NCBI RefSeq assembly: GCF_001194135.2
Contig: NC_068981.1
Coordinates: 31,638,591-31,702,590, forward strand
Reading direction: 5' to 3'
DNA length: 64,000 bases
DNA from: Octopus bimaculoides
Taxonomy: Eukaryota
How positions within the stretch are numbered: the stretch's first letter is position 1; the number at the start of each line of letters is the position of its first letter. Positions 52,401-64,000 of this stretch are shown in pieces. Under the pieces are notes generated by a model. That model worked only from the letters and a program-made list of their open reading frames with translations. It searched no databases and was not told the origin of the DNA. The position numbers were made by a program, and so were the translations under genes.

Positions 52401-53399
52401 NNNNNNNNNNNNNNNNNNNNNNNNNNNNNNNNNNNNNNNNNNNNNNNNNNNNNNNNNNNNNNNNNNNNNNNNNNNNNNNNNNNNNNNNNNNNNNNNNNNN
52501 NNNNNNNNNNNNNNNNNNNNNNNNNNNNNNNNNNNNNNNNNNNNNNNNNNNNNNNNNNNNNNNNNNNNNNNNNNNNNNNNNNNNNNNNNNNNNNNNNNNN
52601 NNNNNNNNNNNNNNNNNNNNNNNNNNNNNNNNNNNNNNATATATATGCATGTATACACATACACATATATATGTATGTGCATAAATATATAAATAAAAAA
52701 TATTTGCCAAGTAAATGATGGAAGGAAATCAGAGATTATCATGGAAAGTACATTGATGATTAAAGTTCAATTAAATATAACATTTGATCACTTGTTTTCT
52801 TTATTCAAAATTCGGACAGAACTTATAGGATGACCTGATATATATAGTTGTACGTAGATTCATACTATACTGAAATACATGTTGTGTCGACGCCCCCAGA
52901 CGATGAAGTAGGCTAGCCCAATACGTAGATATAGAAGAAGTCTAGACGTCGAGGTAGTTGAGTAGAGGTCATCCGAACGTGCGATATTTCATGAATAAAT
53001 GTGATTGCGTGCGTGCGTGCTTCCATAGATAGATATATGCATGTGCTTATACGTATACAAGTGTCATACTGTTAGCTGCGCTATCTGAAACTTAATGCGT
53101 GTTATGCAAACACATATGCATATAAGCGCTCATACAATTTTGAGTCATGGCTATCTGCGACGTGTAGCTTTAAGAATGTTTGATTTACAAAGAACGGATA
53201 GCCATTAACTTTTTTTCAAAATACCTTACAGATATCTCTATATTGAACAACGACACTTCAGGTAATTTCTGAGAATTTATCTATAATGACAATTTCTATA
53301 ATTTTAAACATAAGAGTTGGTGCTGAACAGTTCCTCACTTTAAGGATATCGTGAAAAGCCTCTATGTATGTATGTATGTATGTATGTATGTATCCTTTC

Positions 53400-53540
53400 A
53401 AGGAAAGTGACTGATAAAACAAGAACCAGAACGAAAATATAACAGCAAAGTATTAGGGTCGATCTTTTTAACTACAACACTTCAAGGAGTTGCCTCCGTA
53501 TAACAGCAGACCAATGACTGAAAAGAAATTAAAAGATAAT
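53400..53540 (+). mobile_element. Degenerate SINE family A 3' part
   Basis: GGGTCGATCTTTTTAACTAC...AATGACTGAAAAGAAATTAAAAGA resembles 530-615. Confidence 0.55.
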
Positions 53541-55249
53541 GCATTGCAATGACTGTCAGAGTACAGTAATTTTCATTGCAGGTTACTATTATATTTCGTT
53601 TTCATTTGTCAACTACTTGTTAACCTCGACAAGCACGACCAAGTCTATTGTAGCTAAGTCGTTGTGATATCCTTGGTCTCATACATGCTTATAACAGTTA
53701 ACATACCTGAAAAAGTAGTCTGGTGACAAGACTCAATTGAAATAAGTATCACTATAATTCGCCCGTTAGATCCCTGTTTTTGATATAAGTTACAATAGTA
53801 ATTTCTTTTTAATATATCGTACTTCCTTACCAAGATATTTATACATATCTTTAAGGTAATATGCAAACATACTTAACTGTAAATGTATTTTCGATAATTA
53901 TCATGGAATTCATATTTCAGAATCTTGTGACAGGCACTTCTTACAATAATCGTAACTATATTTCGGTAATACCAGCTACTTCGGGCAGAAATTAATGTTG
54001 TAATGACACGATTACTTCAAAGCCTTGTTGATAGCTGCCCATTGGTTATATAGTTGGTCAGCCAGGTCCCTTTTAGTGAAGACGAAATACCTGACGGGGA
54101 AAAGTGCAAGAAATATGTCTTACTTAATTTTGGGCAATAATGATCCCTACTTCAACAGATATAATCAATCTAATATCCTTTTGATATGCAATCTCGATTT
54201 ATCTTGCAAAAATTCAAAGCATCTTGCCATTAACGTGTACTTACATGGTCCTTTGTTCTGTAAAGTATTGAAACAAACAATATACTTCTAATTCGATTCA
54301 TCTGAAAGAGACATTGTATGTGAGGGAATATGAACAAGAGGGAAACAGAGCGAGAAAGGTGTGATTAAGAACCAGAGAGAGATAAGGATTGAGAGATTTT
54401 GTAGAAAGGGAAATTGTTACGGCTATATAACGTAATAACTGAAATGTACTAAAATGTATTTAACTTTCACTTAAATTTAACTTTATTCATGCCAACAAAA
54501 TTAAATGATATTCAAATAACTACAAATATAACTTCAAGAATATTACTATATTAGAGAGCGCCTTTAAAAGAAGAAATAACCTAAGGACGTACTTTCTTGG
54601 CCTTAGATGCAAATAGCCCGTTCCCGTTCTTAAATGTATTTATGCTTAGTCAAAAGTAGAAGATTAATGTGTAGGTATTAGTGCGAGGAGGTGGTGAAAT
54701 TACCTTTGATATAATCGACCAACAAACGACAAAATTGATATTCACTTTCGACATCTGTAAAGTGGATCATGCAGGAAATATTTGATCGAGATTTCGTTAC
54801 AAAGTATTGTTCTTCCGAATGTTTCATGTGTGAGATCCGCCTAATTGATATCAAAATAAAATAAGAATAAAGAAATTAATTAGAATGTATGTATCTGTTC
54901 GGCTCAGATGAAAAAGAGCATATAGCTTACTTATAATACTGAGTGGAAACAACTGAAGATACCAAGAAAGAAGGCTGACGATTGCAGGTTGCTAGTAAAA
55001 GCATTTTAATGTTATATGCAACTTTTGACTGTGTAGCATGAAGAAATGAAGCAAATATGTTAGAGGTAGACATGTTTGTTAAGCTTGGGTCTTGTACAAA
55101 ACGAGGAAAAATCGAGAGTTAAAATATTTTTAGGCCCCGAAGTAGAAGACTAATTTCTTACTCATTTCGGGAATGTTGGTACACGTCTCCAGCTGCAATT
55201 ACTGTGGAGAAAATTTTCTCATATGGTATGTATATATCTTTTATCATAT

Positions 55250-55460
55250 ATCTTTATTTTTTTACTTGTTTCACTCATTTAACAGCAGCCATGCCGGGGC
55301 ATCGCTTTGAAAGGTTTTAGTCCAACAAATCTAAACCAGTGTAGGTTTTTAAGCCTGGCACGTCTTCTACCGATCGCTTAGCCAAACCGCTAGATTGCGG
55401 AGACGTAAATACATCAACACTGATAGTCAGTCGGTGGGGGAAAACACAAGCATGAAGATA
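55250..55460 (-). mobile_element. Degenerate SINE family A 3' part
   Basis: TTTTACTTGTTTCACTCATTTAACAGCAGCCATGCCGGGGCA...AACCGCTAGATTGCGGAGACGTAAA resembles 700-860. Confidence 0.7.
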
Positions 55461-56829
55461 CGCATGTGTTTATTGGCAAATGACCGTCCCAAAACATAGC
55501 AATATCTGTTTCAACACACGATTTCTCATCAGGAATCTCAGAAAACAAATTATGTATTTGTTTTTACATAAATCCACGCACATATACATGTATTTCTGTG
55601 CATGTATTTATGACTGGACGTACGTACGTATGTATTGTTTTCAGGCGTCCTATAATAAACCGATGCACAGATTCTTTACTGCAGGCTAACGAAAGATGTT
55701 AATATAAATCTCGACTATCGTTTATGTTGGTCTACTCATCGTCCAATTTTATTTCATGAGTATTGTAGTAACGTTTAGATAAAATAAAATTAGATACTGT
55801 TATGAATACGATTTCAAGCGACTGTATCATAATATGAAATAACATGAAGATTCGGAAAGTGATGTTGCATTCTCCATTCTGATGCAACGTTTCCCCCGGA
55901 GAATCTATCGTAGCAGCTTCGAACAACGCCAGGTGACTTTTGTTCATTCATGATGCATGCCTCACCTGATCTAATATGTTAATGCATTTAGATAACTTCT
56001 GTGTCAACTTCGTTTTTTCCTGTTAATTGAAGCATAGTAGATAATAAATAAAATTATTAAAGCTTAAGCGAAAGGCAAGTCAGTAATTTTCTTAAAAATA
56101 AATGTAATTTAAGACCTGGAATATTTTAAATGAGAATACCATTAATGGCAATTGAATACATGGAGGTTTCTACAGATTTTCAATATTTTAATTTTTCTGA
56201 TAAAATTTCTAGGACAAATTCATATAAATGTTTCACTGAAAATACAGATTCCTAATTCGCTTTCTTATCTTTTCCTCCTTTCCTCCATTAACTGTTAGGT
56301 ATGCCTTTATGTTAACTTTAATTTTATTGAGAATTTGTTATTTCTAATAGAATTTCATTAAAAATAAATGAATAGAACAGCATAAATCCCAAGTAAATTT
56401 TCTAAATATTTTATCTTATTTTTTAGTGCTTTGATATTAAATACATTAGACATAATTTTTTGTTCTCTTGGGAAATTTTTCTAAGAAAGAGGTATGTGCA
56501 ATATGTTTAAATATGCGTTCCTTGCCCTAGGCTGTACATTATATCTCTAGAGGTGTCTTTCTTCCTGTATAGTGACTACGGATAAATGTGAAATATATTT
56601 GTCTGAGAATTGTCGCTTGTGAAAAGCTATTGAAATATTTTACAACACGAAATATGAAATCTATGTACTTAACCGAAATTCTGCATTGAATAAGAGAAAA
56701 AGACAAAAACAATTCAGAAAGTAAATAAAGAAATAGGTAAATAAAATAAAATAAAATAAAATAAATAAATAATGATAATACTGAAGAACACATAGTCGAA
56801 TGAATTGCCACCAGAAATTATTTTTTAAA

Positions 56830-56940
56830 AGTCTAGTATAGATTTTATAGATCATTTTGCTAAATCGCTAGATTACGGTGACGTAAATATACCAACACCA
56901 GTTGTCAATTGGTGATGGAAAACGAATACAGACACAACTA
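56830..56940 (-). mobile_element. SINE family A fragment
   Basis: TTTTGCTAAATCGCTAGATTACGGTGACGTAAATATACCAACACCAGTTGTCAA resembles 818-872. Confidence 0.6.
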
Positions 56941-56999
56941 TACGCACACACACACGCATATACATACATACATACATACAGAGTAGAGAGCCCATAGGG

Positions 57000-57400
57000 A
57001 ATGATTAGCGGTTTTTAATGCCAGGTTTACATTCCGAGTTTAAATTCCGTCGATGTCTACTTGGTTTCGGGGTCGATAAAATAAGTACCAGCAGAGCACT
57101 GATGCTGACGTACTCAACATAACCCCTACCAAACTTGCTGGCCTTGTGACATCATTTGTAGCTGTTATTATTATCATCATCCTCATCATCATCATCCTTA
57201 GAGTGACTTGTTGGCAGAGTCGCTAGTATGCTGGGCAAAATCTTCAGCGGCTTTCCTTCCGTCCCAGCCAGGTCAATTTTGCTTTTCATCTTTTCAGTAT
57301 CGATAAAATGAATATCAGTCGAGCATTGGGGTTGACGTAATCGAGTAGCCCCCACGCCTTGTAATTGCTGGCCTTGTGCCCAAATTAGAAAGAATTGTAT
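57000..57400 (+). mobile_element. Two tandem degenerate SINE family B copies
   Basis: TTTCGGGGTCGATAAAATAAGTACCAG (about 57066) and TTTTCATCTTTTCAGTATCGATAAAAT...GGCCTTGTGCCC...AGAAAGAATT (57284-57396), separated by (ATT/ATC)n. Confidence 0.7.
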
Positions 57401-60361
57401 TTTTATTATAACTGCTGCTTTTATTGCGATTGCTTGTCACTTATTGTGGAAGCTCCATGAGTTCGCGTACTGTTTTTCTTATTAAAGGGTTGCATTATTC
57501 ATTGTCTCATTTTGGAATTAAGTTGACCAGATATATGACGGTGTGATCAGCTGTTTTTTACTCGCCCATGACGTTAAGTTTTGAATGAAAGAATTTTTCC
57601 AAAGCAAAGCAAAAATTTTCAAAATAGATGTTACATATGCAGTTGGCCAGCGAGGCAGAAGTTAAGAAGTAATTTTAAAAGTGAAATTTTGCATGCAGTC
57701 AACACCTCCAACCATACAGTATTTCAGCCTTAGAAATAACAAGTAATAGGAGCATCACTATTAATAGCTAAATTAACAGTTACACCAACCATAGCAACAG
57801 CTACAATATATCAAACAAAGCTGCAGAGAGTACTTAAAATCAAAAGTTTGAAGAAAAAGTTCATTACCGCAACAAACACTAGACCAATAATGATCAATTA
57901 CTACACGTGGCTTCAACAATAACAGAAAAACAGCAACACAAGTAGTGAAAGCCATGTTAAAAGCTTTTTTGCTGTTGCAAAACATTTACCGGACAAAAAC
58001 AATAAAACAACACTTGGAATAAGAAGAAAGCAAAACATAACAGCACAGAACCAGGAAAAGACTTTTGAAGAGACAATGCAAGTAATATTTTCACATCATG
58101 CTGAACCCTGCTTCAAAAGCTTCTGGAAGGTCATTGGTTTTCTGACAGGAGCCAGGTTTATTGTATTTATACGGATGTTTTCTCTCTCAGAAATCCTTAT
58201 ATGGAGCTCTCATCATTCTCACATAGAATCTTGGAATTTACTGTGACACAAATCAACATGAGACGGAGAATGATCAGGTTACAAATTTGGAACCCAACAC
58301 CAGATCTAGATTTCTGGTGGGTGGTAAAATGTATTGTATTGGAGAGGGCAACAATTAAAACTATTCCCACCGGAAAACTGGGCTGGGATGGAGCAGGAGA
58401 TTTAGATTTCAGTGAAAACTGGGATACTGAGCAGGATTCTCGACGTAATCCCCGTCGGGTAGCAATAGAAGGAAACGGTGAAGGATAGAGGGCCAAGCAG
58501 TTATAGTTTTCGAAACACCTATAACCGTGAGAATTTTCGTCCAAACAGCAAGAGAAATAGACAGTTAAAGAGAAGCCTCCGCTACTAACATCATATCAAC
58601 AAGTACAGCAGTTACAATACCAACAGACACAATAAAACCTGCACACAACCTTAGTAATAGTCATTGCTTCAATGGTGCAAAGAAGACCAACAATGACATT
58701 AACAATAGAAGAAAGAATAATAAAAGAAGAAAAGAAGTACCGCCTACAGGACTTGATATATCACAATGAATAAAAAAATTAGCACGGGATGCATGAGAAA
58801 TTCAGACCAGTCAAGATGTAATCGGCCACTAATATTTATTGGCTGTCCACACAGCAGCCGGTTTCAGTCCCGCTTTCGGACTAAATTGCTGTAACGTACA
58901 GTGACATCTGCTCAGTGGCTAGAGAGAATGACTACCTAACGTAACGATTCAGTATCATTTGCCCGGTCCATCAAAGATGACAACTGTCTTGTCTTCTGTA
59001 TGTTCTGTCTCTCACGTAACTACAGCGCAAAGATCAGATTTTGAGTATCTCATGCGAAATAAAATACGGAAGATTTTTAACGGAAAATGCAGAAGGTGTA
59101 GTCTTGCGCGAACTAATCAGAGTGTACTATTCAGCAAAGAATATGATAGAACTTACATAACTTTTTTATTTTTTAAAATTTTTACTAATCGACTTATCCA
59201 TCTCTGATAAAGCAGAGTCAAGTATGTTTTCTTTAATATTGTTGGGAATTCGACCAATCAATTAATTTGAAAGAACAAAATAAAAGTTGAAAACTCGTGT
59301 ATAACACAGAAATCCATCTACGATATGATAGAAATTGGACGGAAATTCTAAAAACCAGGTTTGTAGATAATGATGTTTTGAGAATCAGTAGGTTTGTTAG
59401 CAACGCTGAAAAGTGAAAATATTCGTTTATGTCTTAGTTTAATTGACGTGTCATTGCTCATGAATTTTGTACAAAGCCTTCGTGACTGATAACGAATAGA
59501 TGTACTCTATAACCGATACTTATGTATAAAGAAGTGCACCAAAATATCAATCTAAGCTGTTTTCCGACTGGTAATACATCTTCTAATGTTTACAACATAG
59601 TGGATACTGGAAAAGACTTGATCTTAAACCTATCGGTCGGTGCAGTTAGGTCGAAACGTTTTGATTTCTATACAGGAAGTGTCGGTATGAGATGATTAAA
59701 TGCATTGGGAGTTGTTATTGTGTATTAAAGAATCCAGCCTCGATAGATTCAAGGAGAACGAAATCGATTTTAATAATTCACCTGACGAAACTGCGGTAAA
59801 TCCTAATCTAGAAATATCTCTTCAACTTGATTTTAGGTATTTATTTATTTGGCTCATCGGCCAGCATTACGCCATTTTTAAATAAGCGCATGCATAACAG
59901 TAGCGATGTAAGTGATGTTAAAATCGTGATGCTTACTTCACACTCAATAAATAGTTGTAAACACTTTATTCTCAATATGCAAATGCGATAGTCAATGAAA
60001 GCATTTACTACTTCAACATACAATAACAACGACATTGTTTTGGAAACTGTTCTAAAGGACAAAAAGGAAAGAAAACGTCTGTAAGTGAAAGAAAAATAAA
60101 CAATTACCGTTAGAAGTAATGGTGGAAAAAATACTTTTATATTTAAACATTGACGCTTCTTAACGATATATGCTTGCTGTAGGCTAAAATTTAATAAATG
60201 ATTCAACAGACATGTGTCTTGTAGCAACGTTTCAATGCAGATGAGAGGACGTAGTTCAAGACGAAGAAGTAATCGAGAAAGATGAAGTAGAATAAGTCGC
60301 AGAATGACACCTACGACAACAATCGCTTCAGAAAGATAATAGTGATAACAACAACGACGGC

Positions 60362-60405
<44 letters not shown>

Positions 60406-60615
60406 TAATAATAATGATAATAATAATGAAGTTGCACGTATTTTGCAATTTCCAATTCCGGTATTACTAAATCGGAAATGAGCAAACTAAGTGTGCCTCT
60501 GAGGAACATGGCTGCTACAGATAAAATAAATTTTCCATTTAAATTGATTTCAGCTTAAACTTAAAACAAATGTTCGTACGGTCTCACCTCCAGATGATTA
60601 TGCTCGGAATAGATA

Positions 60616-60712
<97 letters not shown>

Positions 60713-60743
60713 TTCTCNNNNNNNNNNNNNNNNNNNNNNNNNN

Positions 60744-60800
<57 letters not shown>

Positions 60801-60907
60801 ACTCTGAACAATAAAGATAAAACTTTGCCTTTCGGGCTCTTTTCACTAGAAATGGACTTCATACATTCTAAAACAGTTTTATTTCTATTCCTGCTTGTCA
60901 CTTCTGT

Positions 60908-61058
60908 TCTTCTTCTTCTTCTTCTTCTTCTTCTTCTTCTTCTTCTTCTTCTTCTTCTTCTACTATTACTACTATTACTACAACGATGACGACGACCACA
61001 ACCATCACCACTACCACCACAAGCACCACCACCACAAGCACCACCAGCATCACCACTA

Positions 61059-61104
<46 letters not shown>

Positions 61105-61118
61105 GCTACTACTACTAC
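60908..61118. repeat. Compound trinucleotide array (TCT)-(TAC)-(GAC)-(CAC)-(TAC)
   Basis: Directly visible. Confidence 0.9.
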
Positions 61119-61336
61119 AATTTCATATATGCACAACAGATTAGACTGCTGGAAAAAATTCCTAACATTGGGCTACAACAAGTAACCCCTGATTTGGCAG
61201 ATTCTACGAGAGCCTGCTGTCAGAGGTTTCACAGGGTCTCTTTCTGCACATTATAAGCTTTGTTATTTTATTATTAATTATCGTGGAAGACATTCAACAT
61301 CCAAGTACCAATCTCAACATCCTAGCTGTCCCCAGC

Positions 61337-61537
61337 AGGGCGGCGAGCTGACAGAATCATTAGCACGCCGGACAAATGCTGAGTAGCCTTTGGCCCATCT
61401 TTACGTTCAGAGTTCAAATTACGTCGAGGCCAACTTTGTCTTCATCATTTCGGGGTCGATAAACACCGGTGAAACACTGGAGCCGATCTAATCGACTTAT
61501 CTCCTCCTCGCCAAATTTAAGGCCTTTAGTAGAAAGG
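61337..61537 (+). mobile_element. Full-length SINE family B copy
   Basis: Head AGGGCGGCGAGCTGACAGAATCATTAGCACGCCGG, B-box-like GAGTTCAAATT, end TAGTAGAAAGG directly followed by (ATT)n. Confidence 0.88.
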
Positions 61538-61596
<59 letters not shown>

Positions 61597-61617
61597 CATT
61601 ATTATCATTATTACTAT

Positions 61618-61673
<56 letters not shown>

Positions 61674-61687
61674 TCATTATTATTATT
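61538..61687. repeat. (ATT)n/(ACT)n array shared by a SINE tail and a Dong 3' end
   Basis: Directly visible between the two converging elements. Confidence 0.95.
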
Positions 61688-62632
61688 CAGGAGTCTTATT
61701 TTCATAAAGTGCTTTCACTCTGCATTACCGAGCGCGACTCTGTGTGCCTTGGGTACGTGCTGTGGTTTGCTGTGATGCTCTTATGGTTATTGTATTGAAA
61801 GTGTTTTACATAGGATGCGTGCAGTGCCTAGTAGTGCTATTTTCTGTATGTTATATATATTTGTTAGTACTGGTATTTTTGTTATGTATTTGTCTGAATA
61901 TTTTTTATCCTACCTAAGCTTTGGTCTTGAGCAGCTAATATGAAACCTTCACTCTCTGCTTTTAGCCCTGAGCTTCATAACCATTCGTGCGTGTTTTTCT
62001 GGTCGATATCAGCTTGTTTGCTACGGGCCACATACTTGCCATGAAAAGGTTTCTGTTCCCGTCTGCTAGCTAATGTTTCATGTGCTTTTGTCTTTGCAAT
62101 TAATTTTATTTTCTTTGCAGCAGCAGTTGGCGCATTTCCGTCAACCTGATCAAGCTAGTGAGTATCTAAGAGTTCGGTAGCGAATTTTTGGCTCTCTTTC
62201 AGAATAGAGTGAAGTTTTTCTGTCTTTTATGTTTTTGAACAAGTTTTAGTATCCAATCGCTGGTTGTTTCAAGGTATTTGGCCAGTCCGATTGTGGTGGT
62301 TTTGTACGTAAGTTCAAGCTGGATCAAGCCTCCACCTCCCTGAGCTCTGGGAAGGTAAAGACGATCCACGTCTGCCTTTGAATGGTGCATTTTATTACAA
62401 GTCAGTAGCTTGCGGATTTTGCTATCAATTTTTATTATTTCACTGATATTCCAGTTAAACACATTGAAGCTATAAAGAACAGCTGGGACTGCTAAGGAAT
62501 TTATGGCTAACGTCTTATTATATGCATTCAGCTCAGACTTCAGAACTGCTCGAACTCTTCTATAGCATTCCCTCCTAACCTTTGCTTGCATGCTGGATAC
62601 CAGAGCCTTCATTTATTCCTAGGTATTTATAG

Positions 62633-62633
<1 letters not shown>
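61688..62633 (-). mobile_element. 5'-truncated, internally deleted R4/Dong-like non-LTR retrotransposon
   Basis: YKYLGINEG...ECYRRVRAVLKSELN...HHSKADVDRLYLPRAQGGGGL...KPFHGKY...GLKAESEGFILAAQDQSL, joined directly to IYNIQKIALLGTARILCKTLSIQ* (stop 61787-61789), then 3' UTR and (AAT)n. Confidence 0.88.

Positions 62634-62728
<95 letters not shown>
62634..62728. repeat. (TTA)n array at the 5' junction of the Dong-like element
   Basis: Directly visible. Confidence 0.95.
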
Positions 62729-62730
62729 GT

Positions 62731-62975
62731 GGAAATTAAAAGAAGAGTGCCATTGTTATCTAGTGAACGATACTTCGGCATCTTGTGTGTCTTCAACTAG
62801 TTCAAAAAATAAATTTGTCATTCTACTTCATTTTGGTTAATATAGAAAGGATTGAGGTAACTTCTCCTGAAGATATAGAGTCAAAATTAAAAGAGTGCCA
62901 TTCTTATCTAGTGAACGACACACAAGATGTCGAAATATCGTACACTAGATAACAACGGCACTCTTCTTTTAATTT
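62731..62975. repeat. Fold-back/MITE-like element with 59-bp inverted arms and a third partial copy
   Basis: 62733-62791 vs 62917-62975 are reverse complements at 55 of 59 positions; 62883-62918 is a partial direct copy of the left arm. Confidence 0.85.
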
Positions 62976-63890
62976 TTCTATAGGCAGAATATTTTAGGAT
63001 CTGAGGTAATATTCACATTTTTGTCAGTAGATAAGTTATGATATGAAGAACATTTGGCTGTTATATCTGGCTCATCGAGCAAAAACATAAAAACTTCCTA
63101 GTTGACTTCATAGGTTGTTGATATTTTCTTATTTTGCATATAGGCTGTATAAGAAAGAAAAACATGAAGATTCTTCTTGTAATTGGAGATGTCGAGTTCG
63201 TTTATTACATTAAGTTACAGTCGTAGCCAACTCCATAGATCTGAAGGTAAAATGGAATATACAACCATATATTAGAGGAAATGTTGCTAAAAATTATGTT
63301 CGACATTTCAGATTGAAATCCTTTAACGCATTCTAATAGAAACGTAGCTGACAAGAGGAGAGGGATGGATCTAGAAAGGGACTCTTATATTAAACACAAT
63401 TTTCTTTAATACTTATAAAAGAAAAGGCATATAAGTGGATAAAACGACACAATTACAGAGAAATCAACTCGTAAATATATAATGAAAACAATGACAGAGC
63501 AAGCAAATGTAGTGCGTGCGTTGAATACATGTAAAATAGATTGCAACCAAATTTCTGTGGAAGTTTCTCAGCACAAGATTAACTGTAAGTTTTTCAGTTC
63601 AGAAAATCATTTACGAATTTAACTATAATTGATGTAACTTTTAGTCTCTCAGGCTAAATGTTTACACATATTCAGTACATTCGTGCGTATAAATGTACAT
63701 ACATACATACATACATACATACATACATACTTACACACATACATACATACATACATACACACATACATACATACATACATACATGCATACATACACACAT
63801 ACATATATACATACATACATGCATTCATATATATGTGTAGATAGATAGACATGTATGTACATGTATATGAAGAGGCAAATATGTGACTAT

Positions 63891-63949
<59 letters not shown>

Positions 63950-64000
63950 AATATAAATACACATATACATATATACACACATACATATACAAATATAAGT

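Noticed and set aside
59783-59820. CTGACGA...GAAATATC and, at about 52897-52925, a GATGAAGTAGGCTAGCCCAATACGT string
   Set aside because: Only partial hammerhead resemblance; no stem II in the first and no intact boxes in the second.
59841-60509. 222-aa minus-strand ORF
   Set aside because: Contains a (TAT)n run and is the antisense of purine-rich low-complexity sequence; no recognisable domain or splice context.

Overview
AT-rich, microsatellite-dense eukaryotic scaffold with 13 N-gaps. The SINE families and repeat composition resemble an octopus (coleoid cephalopod) genome; this is pattern recognition, not a database result. I see no confidently intact protein-coding gene, rRNA, functional tRNA or CRISPR array, and nearly all long ORFs in the track are microsatellite or N-gap artefacts. 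The window is a graveyard of mobile elements: three tRNA-derived SINE families (about 20 copies or fragments); two R4/Dong-like RLE non-LTR retrotransposons ending in (TAA)n arrays, plus weaker RLE/RT scraps; two clear Penelope-like elements (one with a twin-priming-style 5' inversion, one nearly full length with a GIY-YIG domain); a solo Penelope-type 3' fragment with a minimal hammerhead-ribozyme motif; a DD37D maT-type Tc1/mariner remnant; a mariner-derived MITE; a Helitron-like non-autonomous pair; and several fold-back elements. The best host-gene candidate is a 180-nt exon-like segment (24272-24451) resembling a receptor LIVBP-like domain but interrupted by one in-frame UAG. Two assembly artefacts are visible: an Illumina adapter remnant and a 129-bp duplicated gap flank. 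The most notable themes are SINE tails acting as landing sites for TAA-targeting Dong elements, the hammerhead-bearing Penelope terminus and the potentially editable UAG. All are hypotheses needing checks.
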